Source: an uncultured delta proteobacterium
GTDB taxonomy: Bacteria; Desulfobacterota; Binatia; Binatales; Binataceae
Reading direction: 5' to 3'
DNA length: 64,000 nucleotides
Assembly: GCA_963765675.1 (NCBI GenBank)
Contig: CAVXXK010000003.1
Span: 416,001-480,000 of the forward strand
Part shown: piece by piece, positions 8,303 through 19,815 of the stretch
Layout: each line of letters starts with the position of its first letter
Numbering within the stretch: position 1 is the stretch's first letter
Made by a program: the position numbers and the translations under genes
Notes under the pieces: generated by a model
Seen by the model: the letters and a program-made list of their open reading frames with translations, nothing else
Told to the model about the DNA's origin: nothing
Database searches by the model: none

Positions 8303-11300
8303 TTACCGGTTTCGGGCCGCAACGCCGGTGCCCTTCAAATCGATAGTCGATTCACCTGGAGTTCCTCCTGACTGATCCACTGCTGCATTATCGGAGATGG
8401 AGAGCGTACCGGTTAAGGTTCCTGCGACGGTCGGTTTGAAGATGATACCCAAAGTACAACTCGTGCCGACAGGAACGTACCCCTGACCTGGCCCGATCCC
8501 TTTGATCCCCGTATGGCAAGTCGTCGTAGCCGGATCGAAGCTGAAGTCACCGCTGAGGGTCGCGGCGTCAATTTGGACCTGGAAGATCGTTAAGCTGCTG
8601 GGTTGCGGCGTCGGGTAATGGAGCGTGACAATCTTGGTTGCACTGGACGCGCCGACCTCCTCTTTGCCGAAACTGAGCGACTGCGGCTTGAGGGTGATAT
8701 GTTCGGCGTAGGTATTGGCCGTTACCGAGACAATCTGTGGCGCACCAGCGGCGTTGTTATTAATTTGCACGTGGTTGTTAATCGCCCCCAATTGCAATCC
8801 TATCGGGCACACCTGCGTCGCAATCTTGCAGCTCGCGCCCGGCGCGATCGTAAATGGCACCAGGTTGCAAGGAGGCTGTCTATCAGAAGGCGCGGGCGTT
8901 GTAGCGCATTGACCGCAAGTTGTACCTGAGACGCCGACGTATAGATTGCCGCCGACTTGACCGAGATCTTCACCAGGTACATAAGAGCTGACCGTGACCG
9001 GCGCGCCCTGCGATGCGGGGTTGGTAAGGGTGACGGTTTTTGGAGGCGCGCAGGTGGTTACTGCAAATTTTCCGAGATCCACCGCGGCCGGACTCACTTT
9101 GAGCTGCTTCGGCAGCGGCGAGGGAGTCGAGGTCGGCGTCGCGGTAGCGGTTCTGGTCGGGGTCGCGCTCCTGGTGGGAGTCGCAGTCGCCGTGGCCGTT
9201 TTGGTTGGTGTCGCGGTGGAGGTTCGGGTCGCGGTCAGCGTCGGCGTCGCGGTGAGCGTCGGCGTTGCGGAAGGAGTCGGCGTGCGAGTCGGCCCGGGCG
9301 TGGTGGTCGGCAGCGGACTGCCGAAGCCGAGCTCGGCCACGCCGATATTCGCGGCGGTCGTCTGGTAAGCCGCCACCGTGGGAAAGGCATCGGCGCCGGG
9401 GCTGTCGTTGGCGAGATAGATGCGGCCCTCCGGATCGACCGCGATCGCCACGATCGAACCCTCGCCATAGTAGGTTGAGAACTCGACCGACTGACCGTCT
9501 GGCGCGAGCTCCGCGATGCCGGCGTTGGAGTCCAGGGCCGAATAGGGCGTCGAGCGGTACGCGTTAACCGGGGGCCAACTGGTGCAGATGTCTCCTTCGG
9601 CACCGCCGAAAACCGCGTTACCAATCGGACTGAGCGCGAGCGACCATGCGTTCGCTCCACAATTGCCCTGCCCGCCGAACAGGGTGGAATAGATCAAGCG
9701 ATTGGCCGTCGGCGCTGAACTCGGTGACAAAGGCGTCGCCGCCGGTCACGTATTGCTGGTATGGATTCTGGGTCGGGAAATCGGGCGCGCTCGTATAGCC
9801 GGTTACGAAGGCGTGGCCCGATGAATCAACCGCGATCGCGTTGATGGCGTCGGTCGCGCTCGAGTTGTCGGCGGTGCTTCCGCCGAAGTAGGTCGAGTAT
9901 GGCATCGATCCGTCGGGGCAGGCGCTGCCTTTCGGACTGCCGAAGCTGCCGTCCGAGCAAATCTTCGTGATTACTCCGGTGTAGCCGCCGATGCCGTCAG
10001 TGGTCTCGCGGTTGCTGCTGAACATCGCGTTCACCACCGGATAGTTGCTGGAAGACGACGCGGAACCGCCGACGTACATGTTGCCGCTCGAATCGACCGC
10101 AATTGACTGGGAGAAGTCGCCGACCGCGGTAATTTCGTTTTCAAGGACCGACTCGTAGGCGTTCAACCCTGCTGACGCGCTGCTGCTACCGCCGAGATAG
10201 GTGGAATAGACCAGCTCTCCGCTGGACGGATCGATCTTCACCACGAAGCCGTCGAAGTAATTGGGCAGGCTTCCCAGGGCGTTCGGCTCGACTGCATTGC
10301 CGGTGACGGTGAAGGTCGGCGAGCTGGTCACGCCGGCGAGATAGACGTTGTCCTGGGTGTCGAGCGCGATGCCGAGCGGCGCATTCCTCTCGCCGCCATC
10401 TTTGTTGAGGCCGCCGAAGCAGCCGGAGAAGTCTATCGAGCTGCCGTCCGCGCTCAGCTCGACAACAAAGGCCTGTGTGCCGTCCCCCACCGCGACGCAG
10501 CCGATGCCGGGCAGCGAGTTCGTGGTTTGCGGGAAATTGCCAACCTCGCCCGATCCGGCGACATAGGCGACGCCACTGACCGGATCCACCGCGATCGCGC
10601 TTGCGGCCGTGCTGCCAGCGCCGCCGATTATGTCGGAATAGACGAGGCTCTGGCCGCCGGGAGCGAACTTAGTGACAAACGCGTTAGACGCGCCGCTCGG
10701 CGTCGACGACCCCACCGGCTGACCCGGAAAATTATCCGACAACTGTTTTCCGGCCAGATAGGCGCTGCCGCTGTTATCGACCGCGATGCCGTAGGCCTCG
10801 TCGTTGCCGCTGCCGCCAAAAAAGGTCGAGTATACCTGCTCGACGGTCGGATCGATCACCAGTTGACGCGAGCGATCATACGGCGCGAGCACGAAATTGA
10901 CGCGCTTTTCGCCACCCAGCCCGTCGGCGAGCGCGTAGCCGCCAGCGATCTCGCGCCGCACTGCGCCGTCCTGCTGATACACCACCGGCTTGAGCAGCTT
11001 GATCTTGCGCCCTCCCGCGTCGATCACCAGGTTGCCGTCCGCGTCCACCGAAAGGGCGCGCTCCCCTCTGAACCCTAGCGAGATCTCCGAAGGATCAGCT
11101 TCGGGAGCGACGACTAGATCGCATTCGAGCCGCCGCTGATTGCCGCGCCATGCGAGGTCGATGCCCTTCCACACGTCATGCTCGATGACACGCCCATAGA
11201 TGGGTACGTTCTGATGCCAGCCAGAGCGATCCCTCCCGATCAAATAGTTGATATGACCGGGCAGTTGCTCGACCGCCGCCATCTGCGGATGACTCGATCC

Positions 11301-11681
11301 GCCGCGCATCTCGATCCACACCGAGTCACCCGTCGCGTTCTTATTGAAACTCGCGTGCGGCACAGGCGCGGACCGTGGCGCGCGCTCGGTCATCGAGATC
11401 ACCGCGCCGCGGTCGGTGAGGAACAGGTTGTACGCGGAAGTGCGGGCGAGAAAGCGCACTTGCGAGGCGCTCTGCCCGCGATTGGGCTCGAAGCCGAGCG
11501 GACGGCTGACGCGCCTGGTTTGCGCAACCGCGCGGGCGGGAGCGGCTTTCGATTCGAGAGGCGCGATGCCCGCCACCCGAGAGCTGAACAACGCGGGTAA
11601 CTCCGCGATGCAAATCATCACGAACGCAAGCGCGGCCACCACGGAGCTTTTCAATTTAGCGAAACGAAGGTTCGAGCGCAT
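8303..11681 (-). CDS. Large secreted/surface protein: SBBP beta-propeller repeats, Thr/Pro linker, C-terminal Ig-like (choice-of-anchor D-like) domains; frameshift at about 9696-9699
   Basis: Signal peptide, FEPNRGQ...LVIDP N-domain, repeated YSTY(L/F)GG...IAVD..G..Y units, TPT linker; the junction DGQS-LIYSTLFGG needs one base removed. Confidence 0.8.
9120..9310 (-). repeat. Low-complexity Thr-Pro/Thr-Ala coding repeat (linker)
   Basis: TPTPSATPTLTATPTLTATRTSTATPTKTATATATPTRSATPTRTATATPTSTPSP. Confidence 0.8.
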
Positions 11682-11935
11682 TCCGCCCTCCGCGACTACA
11701 TGAGCTTCCCCTCAGCAGCAAGCAGTTCAGCGTGGAGTCGCTCTATGAAGCGTTAAACGATGAGCATCAGCGAGATTAGAGATGTCCGCACAATCGCGGC
11801 AATACGCAGTTGTACGTATGAGCGCGAAGGATTCGCCCGCATGAAGGAATGCTCGAGCGGGAATCTAAGGTGACGCCGCGTGAATCGCGAAGATTCCGCG
11901 GCGCCACCGAAGCGTAAAGAGAAGATGATTGGGCG

Positions 11936-12493
11936 CTAGTTCACCGCCGCGTGCGAGCCGAAGTGGATTCCGACTGACGAAGCGTCGATTGTGGTGTCGC
12001 TCGCGCTCACTTCGCTTACGCCCGTGACCACGCAATCATAGCTGCCGGCCGCCAGGTCGAGCGCCAGCCCGGCGGGATTCACTGCGCGCGTGCAGGTCAG
12101 GGTCAGATTCTGCGACAGGCACTGGCCCGAGTTCGCGCCGTCGGCATAGTCAAACGTCATTGTGTAGACGTCGCTCGAGCCCTTGCTGATTTGGCCGGTC
12201 GCCGTGCCGGTACATAGGCTGCCGACTGGCGAGCCTTCCGGGACCGCACCATTTACGGCGGAGATCGTCAGCGCGCCGCCGCTGAGAGCGCCGGTTGGAT
12301 CGGACAGAATCGTGCCGCGGCCCTTCAGATCGACGTGCGTGGCTACCGAGCTATTCGTGATCATCTCAAAGCCGCTAATCTGGAGATTGAACTCGCCGCC
12401 CGGGCTCGAATGCTTCGCCATCGCGATCCCGCCGAATCCCGCCATCGCGGCAATCACCGCGCCCGCTACCATTATCGATACAGATTTACGCAT
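11936..12493 (-). CDS. Secreted hypothetical protein
   Basis: Signal peptide MRKSVSIMVAGAVIAAMAG..AMA; SD GAGGAGAGGG; beta-rich with four Cys. Confidence 0.75.
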   Translation of the reverse strand: MRKSVSIMVAGAVIAAMAGFGGIAMAKHSSPGGEFNLQISGFEMITNSSVATHVDLKGRGTILSDPTGALSGGALTISAVNGAVPEGSPVGSLCTGTATGQISKGSSDVYTMTFDYADGANSGQCLSQNLTLTCTRAVNPAGLALDLAAGSYDCVVTGVSEVSASDTTIDASSVGIHFGSHAAVN

Positions 12494-12647
12494 TACCCCT
12501 CTCCTCGGTTGCAGATTGTGCTCTAAGCGTCGGCCTATACGCCCGAGCTGGTTATTGATTGGGTGTCACCCCGTCCCGCAGTAGAAGACGGCGGCGCGCG
12601 ATGAACGGTTACAGAAACTTCAGTTTTCGCCTGACACTTCTAATGCA

Positions 12648-12705
12648 TAAAAGGAAACGGGCCCGTCCGCCGCGCAACTTCGAACGATGCGCGCGGACGA
12701 GCCCG
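12648..12705 (-). terminator. Intrinsic terminator after lipoprotein gene
   Basis: Long imperfect GC stem (12658-12705) followed on the minus strand by UUUCCUUUU. Confidence 0.6.
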
Positions 12706-12729
12706 CTGTGAACTTGCAGACGGCGGATG

Positions 12730-13050
12730 CTACTGGCAGACCGCGGTCACATCAATCTGATACATCTGCACGATCGCCAGGAAATCGCGCACGCTCAGTT
12801 CGGTGGTCGCGTCGGTAAACTTGCCCGACGGGCATTGCGCCGACAGGTTGGAGTTCGCGGCCGAGGTCAATCCCATCGGTGCGACCAGTTCCAAAAATCC
12901 CATATCGCTCGCTTGTGCGGTGACACTGTTACCGGGCACTAGCTTCTCGGAATTTGCAATTGAACTCGACGAGATACGGACGCATGCCGCAGTCGAAAAG
13001 ATCAACGCCACAAACGGCAGGATCGTCACAATGCTTGCCAGCTTCTTCAT
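12730..13050 (-). CDS. Small lipoprotein, hypothetical
   Basis: MKKLASIV...STAAC lipobox; SD GGAGG upstream. Confidence 0.75.
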   Translation of the reverse strand: MKKLASIVTILPFVALIFSTAACVRISSSSIANSEKLVPGNSVTAQASDMGFLELVAPMGLTSAANSNLSAQCPSGKFTDATTELSVRDFLAIVQMYQIDVTAVCQ

Positions 13051-13224
13051 CGAATCATCCTCCATGTCAAAAATTGACGGCACCACCCGGATAAGATGCC
13101 GCGAGGCTAAGCGCGGCCCCGAGTAGTGTCAAATGGCTCGCGGCTAAAGTCGCCGCGCGATGTATTGTCGTCGCGGGCGATGCTACCGTGGCCCGATCGC
13201 GCGTGGACCACGGCGGAGAAAGGT

Positions 13225-13842
13225 ATGGCTCAAACTGAAGATGCGGTCGCGCCGTTTTTCAGAATCTGGATCGCTCCACGCGATACTATCCGCCAAATCG
13301 TCGATCTCGATCCGCGCCGCTCAGTGCTCGCGCTGGCCGCCCTCAGCGGCGCACTCAGCGGGCTCGAAGGTTCGTGGCTTTCCGCCATGTCCGGACCGCA
13401 CACGATGTCGGCGCTGTGGCCGTTTCTGGTTGCGGTGAAAGTAGTACTGTACGCCATCTGGGGAATCGTCGGACTGTACATCGCTGGATGGATAATCACC
13501 GCGGCCTGCCACCTGTTCGGCGGCGTTGCGACAGTGGTGCAGACGCGCGCCGCGATCGCGTGGGCGAGTATCCCGGGAATCGTCGCGACCGGTCTCGGCG
13601 TGATCGCGATACTGGCGGGAATCGTCACACCGCACGCGCTCGCGCCGGGAAAATTCTCGTTTCCGCCCGGACTCGCGGTCTTAAGCGGAGCACTCGGGCT
13701 TTGGGGCCTGGTCGTCGAACTGAAATGCGTTGGCGAGGTCAACCGCTTCTCGGCGTGGCGCGCACTCGGCGCACAACTGTTTGTCGGGGTAGTTCTCGGC
13801 GTGATCATCGGCCTGGCGCTGGTCTATGGACATTTCCAATGA
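13225..13842 (+). CDS. Yip1 family membrane protein
   Basis: IWIAPRDTIRQI, five TM segments, EVNRFSAWRALG. Confidence 0.8.
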   Translation: MAQTEDAVAPFFRIWIAPRDTIRQIVDLDPRRSVLALAALSGALSGLEGSWLSAMSGPHTMSALWPFLVAVKVVLYAIWGIVGLYIAGWIITAACHLFGGVATVVQTRAAIAWASIPGIVATGLGVIAILAGIVTPHALAPGKFSFPPGLAVLSGALGLWGLVVELKCVGEVNRFSAWRALGAQLFVGVVLGVIIGLALVYGHFQ

Positions 13843-13869
13843 GCTGTTCACCCGCTGAGTGGAGAGAGC

Positions 13870-15492
13870 ATGAAGATGTATTGCACTAGCTATACGAACG
13901 ATCATCTGGCGCGGACTGGCGAGGCTCAGCGTTCGGCACGCGGTACCGGTTGGATCGCGGCTGTCGTCGCTTGCGCGGTGGCGGCTCTGATCTTCGCGCA
14001 TCCTGCGCGTGCAGCCGCGCCGGATTCCAGCGCGACGATTGTGAAGACGCGTGCGGGCGCGGTCCGCGGCACCGTCGATGGAAACGTGCGCGTGTTTCTT
14101 GGCATTCCATACGCTGCTCCTCCCGTCGGCAATTTGCGCTGGCAACCGCCCGAGGCGCACACGAGCTGGACCGACACGCTCGACGCTTCGCGCGCCGGCA
14201 ATTCTTGCATGCAAATAAGTTTTCGCCACGGCGGTCCCGGAGGCTCCGAGGATTGCCTTTATCTCAATATCTACACGCCCAATCCTGCCGGCACCCGGCT
14301 TCCCGTGATGGTCTGGATTCACGGCGGAACCTTCATCTCCGGCACCGGGGCCACCTACAACGGCAGCAAGCTCGCGGCCAAGGGCAACCTGATCGTCGTC
14401 ACGATAAATTATCGGCTCGGACCTTTCGGTTTTCTGGCGAACCGCAGCCTCGATTCCGCGGACCATCCCTCCGGCAACTACGGCTTGCTCGATCAACAGG
14501 CGGCGCTTCGCTGGGTCAAGGACAACATCGCGGCCTTCGGCGGCGATCCAGGCAAAGTCACGGTCGCGGGCGAGTCGGCCGGCGCGATCAGCATTGGACT
14601 GCATCTCGTCTCGCCCGCGGCGGCCGGACTCTTTGAGCGCGCGATCCTCGAGAGCGGTCCATTCCTTCACACCCGCACGCTCGCCGAGGCGGAGACCCGC
14701 GGCGACGAGTTCGCGGCCAAACTCGGATGCGACAAGACATCGGATGTCGCCGGATGCATGCGCTCGAAACCTGCGGAGCAAGTGTTGAGCGCGATCCCGG
14801 CGAATCCGCTCACCGCGGGCAGCCCGGTTTGGGAACCGGTCATGGATGGCCACCTTATCCCGAGCCAGCCGGTCGACGCGCTTGCCTCGGGACACTTCAA
14901 CAAGGTCCCGGTGCTGAACGGCTCGAATCGCGACGAGGGAACCTTGTTCCTTGTGTTCGCCAAACCGATCACAGCGCAGAAATTCGAAGCTGACGTACAC
15001 GAACGATTCGGCAACGATGCGGCTCGAGTGCTGGCTGCGTATCCGCTGGCGAACTATTCCTCGCCGATACTGGCCGCCGCCGCAGGTTTTGGTGATGCGA
15101 TTTTCAGTTGCCAGATAGTCAAAGCCGGGGCGATTCTCTCCAGCCAGGTGCCCGTCTATCAGTATGAATTCAATGATACTCACGCGCCGCCGTACTTTTT
15201 CCGCAATACACCGTTTCCGCTCGGCGCATTTCACAGCTCGGAGATTCAATACGTATTCGGCGGCGTCGCGGCGAATGGCGATGCATCAGCGGCGCAGCAA
15301 AAGCTCTCCGACGCGATGATGGGCTATTGGATCGGATTCATCACGTCCGGCAATCCCGGCGGCTCGCCACAATGGACCCGCTATAGCGCGAAAGATCCGC
15401 GAGTCCTGTCGCTGGCTCCTGGAGCGATCGGATACGAATCAAACTTCGCGCGGATTCATCACTGCGATCTGTGGGACTCGATGCCGCGATGA
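13870..15492 (+). CDS. Secreted type-B carboxylesterase/lipase
   Basis: FLGIPYAAPP, SEDCLYLN, WIHGG, GESAG nucleophile, FHSSEI. Confidence 0.93.
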   Translation: MKMYCTSYTNDHLARTGEAQRSARGTGWIAAVVACAVAALIFAHPARAAAPDSSATIVKTRAGAVRGTVDGNVRVFLGIPYAAPPVGNLRWQPPEAHTSWTDTLDASRAGNSCMQISFRHGGPGGSEDCLYLNIYTPNPAGTRLPVMVWIHGGTFISGTGATYNGSKLAAKGNLIVVTINYRLGPFGFLANRSLDSADHPSGNYGLLDQQAALRWVKDNIAAFGGDPGKVTVAGESAGAISIGLHLVSPAAAGLFERAILESGPFLHTRTLAEAETRGDEFAAKLGCDKTSDVAGCMRSKPAEQVLSAIPANPLTAGSPVWEPVMDGHLIPSQPVDALASGHFNKVPVLNGSNRDEGTLFLVFAKPITAQKFEADVHERFGNDAARVLAAYPLANYSSPILAAAAGFGDAIFSCQIVKAGAILSSQVPVYQYEFNDTHAPPYFFRNTPFPLGAFHSSEIQYVFGGVAANGDASAAQQKLSDAMMGYWIGFITSGNPGGSPQWTRYSAKDPRVLSLAPGAIGYESNFARIHHCDLWDSMPR

Positions 15493-15950
15493 TCGTGCGC
15501 TGAGATCGATCTTATCCCTGCGGCGCAGGCGTCGGCGCAGCGCTTGCGGGCGTTGCCGTAACCGGCGACTCTGGGCGCCAGTACCAAACTAACGGTATCT
15601 GGCGACAAGGTGTAGGCCGCAGCCGGCAACAAGAGTCGATAACCCAGGGAAAAATCAATACCACGTCGAGAACAGTTACCCACGAGAATCTGGATTGGAT
15701 AGTTGAGGTGGCCGTGGATCATAGCCATTCCTTAGTGGCGATCACCTGGTAATTGCGATTTCGATCGAGGGTTATTTCGGCGGGAGTGACGATCTGCTGT
15801 CCACCGACCGCTACCGTGGCACCGGGCGGCTCGGTGTTGACTGCAAACGGACGTGAGTCCTGCTCCGTGGATAAGGGTTGCGCATGAGCTGTTCAGCAGC
15901 GCGGCAGATGCCACTAGCGCAAATAGGCTCCACTTTACTTTCCGTTTCAT
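15459..15950 (-). pseudogene. Fragmented PEGA-domain lipoprotein gene
   Basis: Lipobox LNSSCATLIHG, then EPPGATVAVGGQQIVTPAEITLDRNRNYQV in another frame and AAYTLSPDTVSLVL further downstream, separated by breaks. Confidence 0.5.
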
Positions 15951-16038
15951 CTTGCTCCCTATCAATGTATCTCTTAGCTGACTGATGGTCTGATGACTCG
16001 AAAGATGTTAAACCTGCATTCACAAGCAGTCAACAAGC

Positions 16039-18258
16039 TCAGTCAATACGCAGGCGGTCGGCAAGATGGCTCAGGCGCTTGCGCTCGTCCTGGTTGCGGA
16101 CCGCCTGCTGCAGCGCAGCCTTGGTCCCGACCAGTACGCAAACGCGCTCGGCGCGCGTGATTGCGGTATAGAGCAGGTTGCGCCGCAGCATCAGATAGTG
16201 CTGCGGATGAATCGGCATGATCACCGCCGGATATTGGCTGCCCTGGCTCTTGTGGACCGAGATCGCGTACGCAAGCCCGACCTCGTCCAGCTCGGCCTGG
16301 TCATACTCGGCGTGCGTCTCTTCAAACGCGGCCGTCACGCGCCCTTTCTGAGTATCGATCGTCATCACGCGGCCAATCGATCCGTTGAACACGCCCTTGT
16401 CGTAGTTATTGCGGAGCTGAATTACACGATCGCCCTCGCGCAGAATCCTGTCACCCACGCGGAGCTCGTGCCCGACAGGATTGAGCAGCGCTTGCAGCTC
16501 GCGATTGAGCGTATGCGTCCCGAGCGGTCCGCGATTCATCGGCGTCAGCACCTGGATCTCGCGCGGATCCTTGATTCCGAAACGCCCCACCAGCCGCTGC
16601 TGAACGAGCTGCTTGATCGTCGCCAGAACTTCCTCAGGCGCGGCGCGCTCGAAAAAAAAGAAATCTCCCTCGGGCGCGTTCGAGATATCGGGAAACCATC
16701 CGCGATTGAGCTTGTGCGCGTTGGCGACGATCTGGCTCTCGCGCGCCTGGCGGTAAACCTCGCGCAGCTCGACCACCGGCACCAGGCCTGACGCGATCAC
16801 GTCCTTCAGCACGCTGCCGGGCCCGACCGACGGAAGCTGATCGCGATCGCCGACCAACAGCAGCGAGCAGTTGGGCAACAGCGCTGAGACCAGGCTCGCC
16901 GCCAGCTCGATATCCATCATCGAGGCTTCATCGACGATCAAGTAGTTCGTGCGCAACGGAAAATCCTTGCCGCGCACAAACGAACCCGTCTCGGGCGCGT
17001 ACTCGAGCACGCGATGGATTGTCTTCGCTTCGCGTCCCGTCGCCTCCTGGAGCCGTTTCGCCGCTCTCCCTGTGGGAGCGGCCAGAGTAGCCTTGAGTCC
17101 TGCGTCGCCAAGCGCGAGAAGAAGCTGGCGAAGAATAGTGGTCTTGCCGGTTCCGGGGCCGCCGGTGATTACAGTGACCGCGCTCGACAAGGCGGTCTTG
17201 ATCGCGCGCACCTGCTCGAACGACAGCGCGATCCCTTCGGCCGTCGACGCCGTCACGAGCGCGCGCTCGGCCACGGCGGCACTCATCGGGCGGCCCGCAG
17301 TGAGCGTGCGCAGCCGCTCGGCGATAGTCACTTCGGCGTCGTGCAGGCGCGCAAGATAGACCGCGGTGTGATCGCTCGTCTGCTCGACAAAGACTTCGCC
17401 CGATTCGACCAGCAGATCCAGCGCCTGCGGCACCAGCTCGGCGTCCATTTCGAGGCCCGAGGCGAACTGCTGTTCCAGGTATTCGCGCGGCGCATAGACG
17501 TGGCCGTCATCGCTCATGCGCTCGAGCAAATAGACGATCGCGGCGCGCGCGCGCTGGACGGAGTTGCGCGGGATGCCGAGTTTCTCGGCGATCGAGTCGG
17601 CGGTGCGAAAACCGATACCGTGAATCGTTCGGGCCAGGATGTAAGGATCGCGGCGCACGACCGCGAGCGAGTCCTTGCCGTATTGCTTGTGGATACGCCG
17701 CGCGTGCGATGCGCCGATTCCGTGCCCGCGCAGAAACACGCTCAACTCGCGGAGCCCGGAGGCGTCGCGCCACGCCGTCACGATTCGCGCCGCAACCACG
17801 GGACCGACGCCGTTTACCTCGCGCACCCGATGCGGAGTGTTGTCGAGAATCTCCGGCAGGCTTTCGCCGAAGTGCGTCGCGATCCGGCGCGCGAGCTCCG
17901 GCCCCACTCCCGGAATTTCCTTGGATAGATACAGCTCCAGCGCGCCCACGCTGGCCGGGCGCACCGTCTCGAACTCCGTTACCTTGAACTGCTCGCCATA
18001 ACGCGGATGCTTTTCGAACGAGCCGTGCGCGCGAATTCCCGAGCCGATTTCCAACCCTGCCAGGTTGCCGACCATCGTGATCGTCCGGGTATCGCCGGAG
18101 CCGGCGTAGGCCTTCACAACCGCGACTCCGTAGCCGGTCGAATCGTTTACGTAGAGCAGATGGTCGAGCGTCCCTTCTACCATCTGCGCGCCATGTTCCG
18201 GGTCACTCACGGAGCCAAGGATTGCGCGCCTCGCGGGGCGCGTAAAGGCGCGCGCCAT
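16039..18258 (-). CDS. recD2: ATP-dependent RecD2-like DNA helicase (true start probably about 18183-18210)
   Basis: HhH motifs, GGPGTGKTT, APTGRAA, VDEASM, VGDRDQLPSVG, HKSQGSQY. Confidence 0.93.
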   Translation of the reverse strand: MARAFTRPARRAILGSVSDPEHGAQMVEGTLDHLLYVNDSTGYGVAVVKAYAGSGDTRTITMVGNLAGLEIGSGIRAHGSFEKHPRYGEQFKVTEFETVRPASVGALELYLSKEIPGVGPELARRIATHFGESLPEILDNTPHRVREVNGVGPVVAARIVTAWRDASGLRELSVFLRGHGIGASHARRIHKQYGKDSLAVVRRDPYILARTIHGIGFRTADSIAEKLGIPRNSVQRARAAIVYLLERMSDDGHVYAPREYLEQQFASGLEMDAELVPQALDLLVESGEVFVEQTSDHTAVYLARLHDAEVTIAERLRTLTAGRPMSAAVAERALVTASTAEGIALSFEQVRAIKTALSSAVTVITGGPGTGKTTILRQLLLALGDAGLKATLAAPTGRAAKRLQEATGREAKTIHRVLEYAPETGSFVRGKDFPLRTNYLIVDEASMMDIELAASLVSALLPNCSLLLVGDRDQLPSVGPGSVLKDVIASGLVPVVELREVYRQARESQIVANAHKLNRGWFPDISNAPEGDFFFFERAAPEEVLATIKQLVQQRLVGRFGIKDPREIQVLTPMNRGPLGTHTLNRELQALLNPVGHELRVGDRILREGDRVIQLRNNYDKGVFNGSIGRVMTIDTQKGRVTAAFEETHAEYDQAELDEVGLAYAISVHKSQGSQYPAVIMPIHPQHYLMLRRNLLYTAITRAERVCVLVGTKAALQQAVRNQDERKRLSHLADRLRID

Positions 18259-18292
18259 GCGGATGCGAACAGGCGGCGCCGGGGTGCGGCGC

Positions 18293-19684
18293 TCAAACCT
18301 CGATCGTCGCCCATTTGCCGGTCCTGAAACGCCACGTCTTGAGCGTCGAGCGCACGATGTAATCCGCGAGCAACGACCACCAGATCCAGATAATCGGGCC
18401 GTGATGCCACGCGATCAGGATGGTCAGGAACAGGCGCATCCCATAGAACCCCGCCAGCGATCCGTAAAGCGGAAACTGAGAGTCGCCCGCGCCGCGCAAC
18501 GCACCGGTGACCGTCCAGTCGATCGCCATCAGCGGCTGTGCCGCCGCTAGCGCATACATAAACGCTACGGTGTAAGCGATTACCTGGCGGTCCGCGATGA
18601 AGAGCGCCGCGATCTGCCATGCAAAAATGACGAACAACAGACCCATCGCAGACATCAGCACAATCGCCATCACCACCGAGGTCCATCCAGCCTTGCGCGA
18701 GAATTCACTGTCGCCCGCGCCCAGACCCTGCCCAACCAGCGTCGCCGCCGCGGCGGAAAATCCGAAGCCCGGCAGGAACGAAAGCGCCAGTATTCGGACG
18801 CCGATAAAATACGCGGCGACTTCCTTGTCACCATAGCTCGCGATAAACGCGACGTAGGCGACAAACCCGAATTGAATGACGAGCTGCTCGATCGCCGCCG
18901 GATTACCAACTCGCAGAATGCGCCATCCAAGCCCAAAGTCCGGCCACAGCTTGCGCCAACGGAAATTGAGCACCATTCCATCGAGCGACAGCGCCCAGAA
19001 AAACAACACCCCGCCGATCGCGATTGCGATGAGCGTCGCGACCGCGGAGCCGTCAACGCCCATTTTCGGAAATCCGAACTTCCCGAAGATCAAAACGTAA
19101 TTCAGGATGATCGCGAGCACGTCGATGATCCCGCCGATCCAAAGCGGTGTGCGCGTATCTCCCGCGCCGCGCAGTGACGCCGTACACATAAGAAACACGC
19201 CCTGAAACGGCTCCGCGAGCATCACGACTTGCAGATAGCGCGCGCCCATCGCGGCCATCTGGCCTTTGACCTGGAACAGCGCCATGAGCGGCGTGGCGAA
19301 TACGATTACCGGGATCGCGATGATCGTTGAGACGGCGACTCCGAAAATCACCGCCTGCTTCATGGCCTCTTCCGCGTTGTCGCGATCGTTCGCACCGATG
19401 CATCGCGCGACCAGCGCCACTGCGCCGGTGCCGACCGCCGCGATTCCCGCACGCACGGCGCCCAGGATCTGCGTCGCCAGCCCGACTGCGCCGACCGCCT
19501 CCGCGCCCAGCCGACCAACCATCAGCATCGCCGCCAATCCGAGGATCGAATCGAGCGCGAACGAGATGATTACCGGCCAGGCGAGCGCCCACACTTCCGC
19601 TCGCATCCGCGTGATCGGCGGCAAAGTGAGCGCGTCCCCCGGCCGGACGACGCCGTCAGGAACCGACTCAAGAAATTCCGACAT
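18293..19684 (-). CDS. MATE family efflux transporter
   Basis: LAWPVI, LRGAGDTRTP, LVGQGLGAG, two repeated halves. Confidence 0.92.
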   Translation of the reverse strand: MSEFLESVPDGVVRPGDALTLPPITRMRAEVWALAWPVIISFALDSILGLAAMLMVGRLGAEAVGAVGLATQILGAVRAGIAAVGTGAVALVARCIGANDRDNAEEAMKQAVIFGVAVSTIIAIPVIVFATPLMALFQVKGQMAAMGARYLQVVMLAEPFQGVFLMCTASLRGAGDTRTPLWIGGIIDVLAIILNYVLIFGKFGFPKMGVDGSAVATLIAIAIGGVLFFWALSLDGMVLNFRWRKLWPDFGLGWRILRVGNPAAIEQLVIQFGFVAYVAFIASYGDKEVAAYFIGVRILALSFLPGFGFSAAAATLVGQGLGAGDSEFSRKAGWTSVVMAIVLMSAMGLLFVIFAWQIAALFIADRQVIAYTVAFMYALAAAQPLMAIDWTVTGALRGAGDSQFPLYGSLAGFYGMRLFLTILIAWHHGPIIWIWWSLLADYIVRSTLKTWRFRTGKWATIEV

Positions 19685-19815
19685 GACTTCGGCCAGTAAG
19701 GCCAGTCCGATACGGCCCAGTCAAGCGTGCGCGGCGATCGGCATGCTCGGCTGTTTATACCGTGTGAAGATCGTGCGTGGAGTTTCCGGTATATTGCGCT
19801 TCGAGAGAGGTGCGG

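Noticed and set aside
15866-15874. DnaA-box-like CGTGGATAA
   Set aside because: 8/9 match inside a coding remnant; likely chance
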